Shown here: one piece after another, positions 1 to 5,429 of the stretch | Position numbering within the stretch: position 1 is the first letter of the stretch | Layout: the number at the start of each line of letters is the position of its first letter | Virus record (IMG/VR): IMGVR_UViG_3300045988_052225 | Location: 1 to 38,533 of that record | Origin: a virus | Length of the DNA stretch: 38,533 nucleotides | Reading direction: 5' to 3' (one strand) | Program-made: the position numbers and the translations under genes | Notes under the pieces: generated by a model | What the model was told of the DNA's origin: nothing | Seen by the model: the letters and a program-made list of their open reading frames with translations, nothing else | Databases searched by the model: none

Positions 1-77
1 GGTTTGAAATCATTCTACAACTTGAAAAAATAAAACGTTGATTTAACAACGTTTCTGAGGACTCTGGGTTAAGCCTA
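1..77. repeat. Left copy of the 77-bp terminal direct repeat (att core or circular-assembly overlap)
   Basis: Bases 1-77 (ggtttgaaatcattc...gggttaagccta) are identical to 38457-38533. Confidence 0.95.
24..54 (-). terminator. Rho-independent terminator downstream of the integrase gene (minus strand)
   Basis: 8-bp stem aaacgttg (33-40) / caacgttt (47-54) with a 6-nt loop. Read on the minus strand it is followed by tattttttc (complement of 24-32). Confidence 0.6.
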
Positions 78-91
78 GAGTTCTTTTTTTT
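59..91 (+). terminator. Strong plus-strand Rho-independent terminator
   Basis: 10-bp stem ggactctggg (59-68) / cctagagttc (74-83) with two G-U pairs that work only in plus-strand RNA. Loop is ttaag, followed by T8 (84-91). Confidence 0.7.
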
Positions 92-1258
92 CTACCCAAG
101 GGGCAAGGAAGGGGCAAGGTTATTTGTAATTATATTATCTAAAACATTGACCGCTTGATCCTTCATGTTCCTTGTGACATGAGTATAGATGCTAGTAGTC
201 ACTTCCGAGTCAGCATGACCAACCCTATCCATGATGGTTTTTAGTGGCACATTATTTTCAGCCAATATGCTAATCGTGGTGTGTCTGAAGATGTGAGGGG
301 ATAGATGCTTGTCGATAGGCGTTTCCAGTCTTGTGTTAGCTCGTTGGAGCGATGCACTTAAAATAGTGCTATGGATAGGCTTGCCAGTGTTAGTCGTGAA
401 GATTTTATCGCTATGATGCCAATCTGGATTGGTTGATTCGCTTAACTCTTTCAATTCTAGTATCTGGTCAATAATTTCCATCTCTCGATTAGTGAGGTAT
501 GTAGTTCGGTAACTAGCGACTGTTTTCGTTCCTTCGTTTTCTGGAATGTATCTGTTAAATGAGGTGTGGATATCCAAGGAGCGTGTCTCTTTGTGGTAAT
601 CTGAAACAGTTAGACCAGCCAGTTCACCAATACGGCAACCATTCAAGAGCATAAACTCACACGCTAGAGCGTATCTCAGTGTTATGTCCTTTCGGTAGAG
701 TTCTTTCAATAATCGACTGTATTCGTCTGGTTCTAAGTATTTATTCTTGGCAGCTTGTTGTTTCTCAAGTTTATTCTTTTTCTTTGGGAGTCGTGCCTTT
801 CGTGAGGGGTTATCGTTAATAAGTTGTTGATCCATAGCATAATCGAAGAATGTATTTAGTACGGTCTTAGCACGATATTTCTGTGAATCCGTCCAGTCTT
901 CAGTGTCTAACAAGGATTGAATAAGCCTAACATTGATGTTTGATAGGATTGTTCCTTGTTCAATAGTGTCAGATATTCGTTTAACGGATGCTGCAAGGCT
1001 TTTGATTGAGCTTAACTTAATCTGCTTTTGGTGGAATTCCCACCACTCGTTGAAGACACCGTGGAATGATACATTAGTAGTGCTTGATGATTCTATCTTT
1101 TGGGCTATCTTATCATCCAGCAAGCGTTGAGCCTCTTTCTTTGCTCGATTTGAGCCGCTATTAAGCGTTACAGATACCCGTTTCCATTTCTCAGTGTAAG
1201 TGTCCTTGTATCTTTCGAAATATTTATATTTTCCATTCGGTAATTGTTCTACCCACAT
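92..1258 (-). CDS. int: Tyrosine recombinase, phage integrase
   Basis: 388 aa. Catalytic signature: GCRIGELAGL (Arg), HIFRHTTIS (H-x-x-R), GHADSEVTTSIYTHV (His/Tyr). AAGGAG RBS upstream of the ATG. Located at the genome end next to att repeats. Confidence 0.93.
   Translation of the reverse strand: MWVEQLPNGKYKYFERYKDTYTEKWKRVSVTLNSGSNRAKKEAQRLLDDKIAQKIESSSTTNVSFHGVFNEWWEFHQKQIKLSSIKSLAASVKRISDTIEQGTILSNINVRLIQSLLDTEDWTDSQKYRAKTVLNTFFDYAMDQQLINDNPSRKARLPKKKNKLEKQQAAKNKYLEPDEYSRLLKELYRKDITLRYALACEFMLLNGCRIGELAGLTVSDYHKETRSLDIHTSFNRYIPENEGTKTVASYRTTYLTNREMEIIDQILELKELSESTNPDWHHSDKIFTTNTGKPIHSTILSASLQRANTRLETPIDKHLSPHIFRHTTISILAENNVPLKTIMDRVGHADSEVTTSIYTHVTRNMKDQAVNVLDNIITNNLAPSLPLG
98..119 (+). 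promoter_or_regulatory. Tandem 11-bp repeats AAGGGGCAAGG x2, candidate integrase arm-type sites (P' arm)
   Basis: aaggggcaagg at 98-108 and 109-119. The same AAGGGGCAA core occurs twice more at 38314-38335 in the same orientation with the same 11-bp spacing. Confidence 0.5.
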
Positions 1259-1348
1259 TGCTATGTCTCCTTAATTTTGGTAAAATGGGTACAGAAAAAG
1301 ACTTGTAAGACTGCTCTCAGTTTACACGGTTTTTTCTGTGGTGCATAA

Positions 1349-1392
1349 GCTCTACACTCTAAGTTTGGCGACGGTGAGTGTAGGGCTTTTTT
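1349..1392 (+). terminator. Plus-strand terminator-like hairpin between int and the PH-SHOCT gene
   Basis: 11-bp stem gctctacactc (1349-1359) / gagtgtagggc (1376-1386) including one G-U, a 16-nt loop, then T6 (1387-1392). On the minus strand the G-U becomes a C-A mismatch and no T-tract follows. Confidence 0.45.
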
Positions 1393-1939
1393 ATTGCGAT
1401 AATAATTTAGCTTTCTGTGCTTGAAATTCTTCCTCAGTGAGCACGCCGTTATCAACTAATGATTTCAGCTTAATCAATTCGTCAGCAATCAAATTCTGCG
1501 ATAGCGGCTGACTGTTCTGGCTCACTTCTATCTGTGGTCTATATAGACTTTGTTTGTATGCTTCGGATGCACGTTTAATCTTGTCAGATAGGACTGGTAC
1601 AGCGATTTTCGGGATGTTCTTGATATGTGCCCAAGATACCCCATTCATCACCGAGATTTCACCCAAGAGAACCCCGCTTTTAGACGATACGCCATTGACC
1701 ATATCAAGAGGAATTTCAGAAGTTTGGACACCGTAAATCATGCCTTTATCAACAAACATAATGCGTTTTTGAGTTAGAACGATTAAGACAGTGTTACCGT
1801 CATACATTCCAGATGCGGCATATTGTATCACCTCATCGTCTGATAGTAATTGTGGTAGGTAATTAACCTCTTTTCGAGTACCAAACATCTTAGGGACGCC
1901 CGCCTGCATTAATTGAGTTTGGACTGTTAATAAATTCAT
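1391..1939 (-). CDS. Bacterial PH-domain (YokE-like) protein with a C-terminal SHOCT domain; candidate superinfection-exclusion or lysogenic-conversion protein
   Basis: 182 aa. The central segment NTVLIVLTQKRIMFVDKG...GEISV resembles a bacterial PH fold. The C-terminus DELIKLKSLVDNGVLTEEEFQAQKAKLL is a typical SHOCT motif. Position is between int and the repressor. Confidence 0.6.
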   Translation of the reverse strand: MNLLTVQTQLMQAGVPKMFGTRKEVNYLPQLLSDDEVIQYAASGMYDGNTVLIVLTQKRIMFVDKGMIYGVQTSEIPLDMVNGVSSKSGVLLGEISVMNGVSWAHIKNIPKIAVPVLSDKIKRASEAYKQSLYRPQIEVSQNSQPLSQNLIADELIKLKSLVDNGVLTEEEFQAQKAKLLSQ

Positions 1940-1943
1940 CGCG

Positions 1944-2309
1944 TTACCTCATCATTTTCAAGTATTCATTTTTAACAAACGTCTCATCACAAATTGTGGT
2001 GAGATTATATTTTTTCATAAAACGTACGTAGTTAAAATCATCCAAGGATTCATTTTCGAGCAATCCACGGATCATGTCTCTGTTAGCTTGAGCTTCGTAT
2101 TTCTCACGCAAACGCTCATAGTCTTTGGAGTTCTGCTCTAGGTGGCCCAATTCATGTAAAATGACCTTCAAACGTATTTCTGGGGCTAAATCCTTATTGA
2201 TATAAACCACCCTGTTTATGGGGTCGAGAAAGCCATTTCTGGGCCACTCGTTAGAACTAAACTCACAAAGAGACACGTTGAACTGCTCAAGCAATTCACT
2301 TTCAGTCAT
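1944..2309 (-). CDS. ImmA/IrrE-family zinc metallopeptidase (anti-repressor protease)
   Basis: 121 aa with an HELGH zinc-binding motif (ILHELGHLEQ). It lies immediately downstream of, and in the same operon as, the XRE repressor. Confidence 0.8.
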   Translation of the reverse strand: MTESELLEQFNVSLCEFSSNEWPRNGFLDPINRVVYINKDLAPEIRLKVILHELGHLEQNSKDYERLREKYEAQANRDMIRGLLENESLDDFNYVRFMKKYNLTTICDETFVKNEYLKMMR

Positions 2310-2315
2310 AGCACC

Positions 2316-2678
2316 TCACTTTTTACTGTTCATATAACCCGCAATGATGCCACGGATAGCCCGCTTATCATCATCGGTCAGCGGTTTGCCGTCGAACATC
2401 ATTGCATTAGCTATGATTTCATCAATGTCATGGGAGCTAGGTTGTTGTTCCTCGGTGTTTTCTGGACCGTCTCCAAAAAGAATGTAATCCGTAGAAGTTC
2501 CTAAAACTTGCGCTAATTTTACAATCTTTGTCCCCGTTGGAATACTAGCACCGCTTTCCCACTTTGAAATAGTTGAGTCAGACTTATACCCTAACATTTT
2601 CGCTAATTCAAGTTGACTAATGCCCTTACTAGCTCTCAAACTTTCAATTCTGCTTCCTCTTTGCTTATTCAAATCCAT
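2316..2678 (-). CDS. XRE-family HTH repressor (CI/ImmR-like)
   Basis: 120 aa. N-terminal HTH: IESLRASKGISQLELAKMLGYKSDSTISKWESG. Divergent from the cro-like gene. AGGAG RBS. Confidence 0.88.
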   Translation of the reverse strand: MDLNKQRGSRIESLRASKGISQLELAKMLGYKSDSTISKWESGASIPTGTKIVKLAQVLGTSTDYILFGDGPENTEEQQPSSHDIDEIIANAMMFDGKPLTDDDKRAIRGIIAGYMNSKK

Positions 2679-2705
2679 ATCTTTCTCCTTGCTGTTTATA
2701 TCAAT

Positions 2706-2734
2706 ATTATATAGTAGACTTTCCTAATTTTCAA
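2706..2734 (-). promoter_or_regulatory. Leftward sigma-70-type promoter for the repressor operon
   Basis: On the minus strand: TTGAAA (complement of 2729-2734), 17-bp spacer, TATAAT (complement of 2706-2711). It lies about 25 nt upstream of the repressor ATG at 2678. Confidence 0.65.
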
Positions 2735-2784
2735 GTTGATTTATAAAAAACTTAAAAAAACTTGAAAAAAAATCAACAAAACTG

Positions 2785-2813
2785 TTGACATTGAATTTAA
2801 TTCAAGTTATAAT
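2785..2813 (+). promoter_or_regulatory. Rightward consensus promoter for the cro-like/early operon
   Basis: TTGACA (2785-2790), exactly 17 bp, TATAAT (2808-2813). The spacer is filled by the operator palindrome. Confidence 0.8.
2789..2807. promoter_or_regulatory. Operator palindrome O1, inside the rightward promoter spacer
   Basis: cattgaat-tta-attcaagt. It shares ttgaatttaattcaagt with the 3068-3086 copy. Half-sites are TTCAAGT at 2730-2736 (overlapping the leftward -35), ACTTAAA at 2750-2756 and ACTTGAA at 2760-2766. Confidence 0.7.
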
Positions 2814-2846
2814 GTGTTTGTAAGTTAGTTAGAGAGGAGGAACAAA

Positions 2847-3050
2847 ATGACAGAAACAGTTCCAAAGATTACAATTAAAGAACTTCGAGCACGTCATAAC
2901 ATGACGCAAGAAGAATTTGCGAAAAGCGTTGGTACGACAGCTCAAACGGTTAGCGCCTGGGAGAAGAATGTGCTTTCTATTTCTCCTAAGAACATGGTAA
3001 CCATTTGTAATAAATACCACATTCAATCGTCTGATCTGTACGGTATTTGA
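2847..3050 (+). CDS. Cro-like XRE-family HTH protein
   Basis: 67 aa. HTH: IKELRARHNMTQEEFAKSVGTTAQTVSAWEKN. GAGGAGG RBS at 2832-2840. First gene of the rightward operon. Confidence 0.85.
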   Translation: MTETVPKITIKELRARHNMTQEEFAKSVGTTAQTVSAWEKNVLSISPKNMVTICNKYHIQSSDLYGI

Positions 3051-3067
3051 TATTTTTTTACAACAAA

Positions 3068-3086
3068 ACTTGAATTTAATTCAAGT
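3068..3086. promoter_or_regulatory. Operator palindrome O2
   Basis: acttgaat-tta-attcaagt: perfect 8-bp arms around a 3-bp centre. It lies in the cro-to-next-gene spacer, 279 bp centre to centre from O1. Confidence 0.65.
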
Positions 3087-3112
3087 CAAGATTAAGAAAG
3101 AGGTTACGCTAG

Positions 3113-4018
3113 ATGAACGAAGTAACATTGTCTAACAACCTTTCTCAAATTGAATTAGAAATAAACCACCACAAGCAAATAGCTGGGCAATCGATTTGGG
3201 AAATTGGTAGACGATTAAACCACGTTAAAGAAAATGATTTGGCACACGGTCAATTCATGGAATGGCTTAAGAAAATAGAGTTTAGTCAGACGGTTGCCAA
3301 TCAGTTTATGAAAGTAGCGAAAGAGCTTCCGAATTCTGTGACGTCACAGAATTTAGGGATAAATGCCCTTTACCTTATCGCAACGCTTCCAGAGGAAGAA
3401 AAGCAAAAGCAAATCGAAAAGATTGAGCAAGGGGACACACCAACGGTCAGAGAGCTGCAAGAGGTGAAGAAAAAACTCAAACTCAAAGAGCAAGCACTTG
3501 AAGCAGTTAAAGGCGAGTTGGAACGCACTAGGCTTGTCAAACCAACTGAAAAGGTGATTGAAAAGGAAGTCATCCCAGACGATTATAAAGCTACGCAAGA
3601 ACTAAATAAGCGACTACTAGCAAAAAACAAAGAGCTTTCAGATAGCGAACAAGCGGCTAACGAGCGAGCGCAATTCATTGAGTCACAACTCAAGGAGCTA
3701 ATGAATCAACGTCAAGAGGTTGATGAAAAATCAGCTAAATACGACGAATTGACAAGAGCTATCGAGCAGTCGCAAGGGCAATTAGACAGCTACCAAAAGC
3801 AAGTATCTGCCTATCGTCACACTATCAACTTTTTGGAAAAAGGAAACAATTTCCTTGCTAACTTTGGCGGTGTTGCATTTCTGGATATTAAGCCAGCATT
3901 AGGCAATCCAAAAGTTAGAACCGAGCTTGAAACATTCCTAACTATGCTGAATAGTCTCAGCCGTAGCGTTTCGGAGATACTGGAACAAGACGATGTGATT
4001 GAAGGAGAAATCTTATGA
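3113..4018 (+). CDS. Early protein, DUF3102-like N-terminus followed by a long coiled coil
   Basis: 301 aa. N-terminal IAGQSIWEIGRRLNHVKENDLAHGQFMEWL...ANQFMKVA is recalled from DUF3102 phage proteins. The remainder is rich in E, K and Q heptads. Confidence 0.5.
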   Translation: MNEVTLSNNLSQIELEINHHKQIAGQSIWEIGRRLNHVKENDLAHGQFMEWLKKIEFSQTVANQFMKVAKELPNSVTSQNLGINALYLIATLPEEEKQKQIEKIEQGDTPTVRELQEVKKKLKLKEQALEAVKGELERTRLVKPTEKVIEKEVIPDDYKATQELNKRLLAKNKELSDSEQAANERAQFIESQLKELMNQRQEVDEKSAKYDELTRAIEQSQGQLDSYQKQVSAYRHTINFLEKGNNFLANFGGVAFLDIKPALGNPKVRTELETFLTMLNSLSRSVSEILEQDDVIEGEIL

Positions 4019-4434
4019 CAAATGACATTATCGGTCAAAGCAAAGACCACGCAAGACAAGTGTCACACCTAGCAGTTACTAGAAACATGCTAGATGCACT
4101 TGAAAACCATGAAGAGCGTATTGCTAACTTGGAAGACAACATGAGAGTGAACGCTGCACAAGAAATGAAGTTGACTAATCTCGTTAACAGTAAAATTGTT
4201 GGATTGCTAGAAGGTAAGCAAAGCAAGGCTTACCGTGACAATCATATTCGAGGTAAAGCTTATTCTGCTATCAACAAAGAGATCGCTAATCGTTTCGGTG
4301 TTAGACGCAAAGAAATTCCTGCTAAAGAATTTAAGAACGCTGTTATCTTTATCGAAAATTGGGGGTTGAGCGACCAAGAACTCAAAGACGAGATTTTTGC
4401 AGCTAACCATCAAATGAGTCTGTTCGAAGCGTAG
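4015..4434 (+). CDS. Early protein, ORF6C-domain-like
   Basis: 139 aa. ATGA overlap with the upstream gene. The pattern ERIANLEDNMRVNAAQ...LVNSKIVGLL resembles ORF6C-type C-terminal domains of phage antirepressor-like proteins (from memory only). Confidence 0.4.
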   Translation: MTNDIIGQSKDHARQVSHLAVTRNMLDALENHEERIANLEDNMRVNAAQEMKLTNLVNSKIVGLLEGKQSKAYRDNHIRGKAYSAINKEIANRFGVRRKEIPAKEFKNAVIFIENWGLSDQELKDEIFAANHQMSLFEA

Positions 4435-4469
4435 TTACAACTACACAGCAAATCCAGAAAGGGCAAACA

Positions 4470-4709
4470 ATGGAAATCACCTACAAACCAGTTGGGATCA
4501 ATGAGACGGCTGAGTGGGGAGACTATGACCACCTCATGCAGCGGTGGGAAGGTCTAGGGAAGTCGATGGCAAAAAACCTCATTCGAGAAATGAGGGATAA
4601 CAAAGACTTTCGAGACTACGTATTCAACCCAACACACAAACTGGTTTTCATCAACTATGAAGGTTTCAAGTCCTTCATTGAATGGAAAACTAGAAACAGA
4701 TTCAAATAG
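4470..4709 (+). CDS. Small early protein, possible excisionase-like DNA-binding protein
   Basis: 79 aa and basic. Position is typical of the xis-like gene in streptococcal phage early regions. No clear motif. Confidence 0.3.
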   Translation: MEITYKPVGINETAEWGDYDHLMQRWEGLGKSMAKNLIREMRDNKDFRDYVFNPTHKLVFINYEGFKSFIEWKTRNRFK

Positions 4710-4717
4710 CATTACCA

Positions 4718-4847
4718 CCCTAGCCGTAACAGTGAGCTAGTGAGGAGATATAAGCAATACCTACCTGAAACTACAACGATTTGATATTCATAATTGTCTC
4801 CTTAAATATATGAAAAAATCCTCACTAGTTCTCTAGTGCGGTTAGGG
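4718..4847 (+). repeat. Long imperfect inverted repeat (29-nt arms, 72-nt spacer)
   Basis: 4718-4746 ccctagccgtaacagtgagctagtgagga pairs with 4819-4847 tcctcactagttctctagtgcggttaggg. That gives 23 Watson-Crick pairs, 3 G-U pairs (valid only in plus-strand RNA) and 3 mismatches. Confidence 0.6.
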
Positions 4848-4867
4848 AAAAAGAAAGGAATTTAAAA

Positions 4868-5050
4868 ATGAAAAAACTAAAAGCAAACAAAGGTGTAGTT
4901 AACTTTTTCAAAAGTTTTGGAATCAAAAAAGCATTCCTAACTGACGATATCCGTTTTGACAGGAACGGTGCACACCATGTCGGTGTGGACGTCATTCTAA
5001 ACGACGGAACATGCTTTGGTGTGTTCAGCAATGGTGAAATTCTAAATTAA
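4868..5050 (+). CDS. Hypothetical small protein
   Basis: 60-aa ORF. AAAGGAA purine-rich RBS about 8 nt upstream. Confidence 0.45.
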   Translation: MKKLKANKGVVNFFKSFGIKKAFLTDDIRFDRNGAHHVGVDVILNDGTCFGVFSNGEILN

Positions 5051-5063
5051 GGAGGAATTGAAA

Positions 5064-5216
5064 ATGAAATTATTTGATTGGATTTGGAGCAAGAAAGAGA
5101 AAGAACCAGAATATTTCTTCGAACCGGTGTGGACGCCATACGAAGAAAACGAACGCAAATATGAAGCACGCAAAAAACGTGAACAAGAATTACTAGCAAA
5201 ATACGGAAACCGTTAA
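5064..5216 (+). CDS. Hypothetical small protein (50 aa, below the ORF-track cutoff)
   Basis: GGAGG at 5051-5055, 8 nt before the ATG at 5064. Translation: MKLFDWIWSKKEKEPEYFFEPVWTPYEENERKYEARKKREQELLAKYGNR, stop at 5214-5216. Confidence 0.5.
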   Translation: MKLFDWIWSKKEKEPEYFFEPVWTPYEENERKYEARKKREQELLAKYGNR

Positions 5217-5225
5217 GATCACCAT

Positions 5226-5365
5226 CTTCAATCCGTAGCCACGGCCCCGCCGTGGAGTGTATCTTATCCCCATTCTTCCCCAAAATATAAACTTTACTTT
5301 ACCCACACATATCTTTCTAAAAAAACATATTTACAAAGCGGTGGGGCTATGGGTGCGGATTGAAG
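5226..5365 (+). repeat. Long-range inverted repeat upstream of the adhesin gene (23-nt arms, 94-nt spacer)
   Basis: 5226-5248 cttcaatccgtagccacggcccc pairs with 5343-5365 ggggctatgggtgcggattgaag. The outer 10 bp are perfect; the inner 13 positions have 9 Watson-Crick pairs, 2 G-U pairs and 2 mismatches. A local hairpin is ccacgg/ccgtgg at 5239-5255. Confidence 0.55.
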
Positions 5366-5370
5366 CACTA

Positions 5371-5397
5371 AAAAAAAGCATGGGTTAGGGCCCATGC
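5371..5397 (-). terminator. Hairpin preceded by A8 (reads as a minus-strand terminator) just before the adhesin RBS
   Basis: a8 (5371-5377 plus 5370), then stem gcatggg (5378-5384) / cccatgc (5391-5397). On the minus strand the hairpin is followed by T8. There is no T-tract on the plus strand. Confidence 0.4.
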
Positions 5398-5429
5398 AAG
5401 ACAAAATTAATTATCAAGGAGATTATACC

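Noticed and set aside
1261-1455. 64-aa minus-strand ORF in the int/PH-SHOCT spacer
   Set aside because: It spans the hairpin/T-tract region and overlaps the 3' end of the PH-SHOCT gene. There is no RBS, and the composition is basic and low-complexity.
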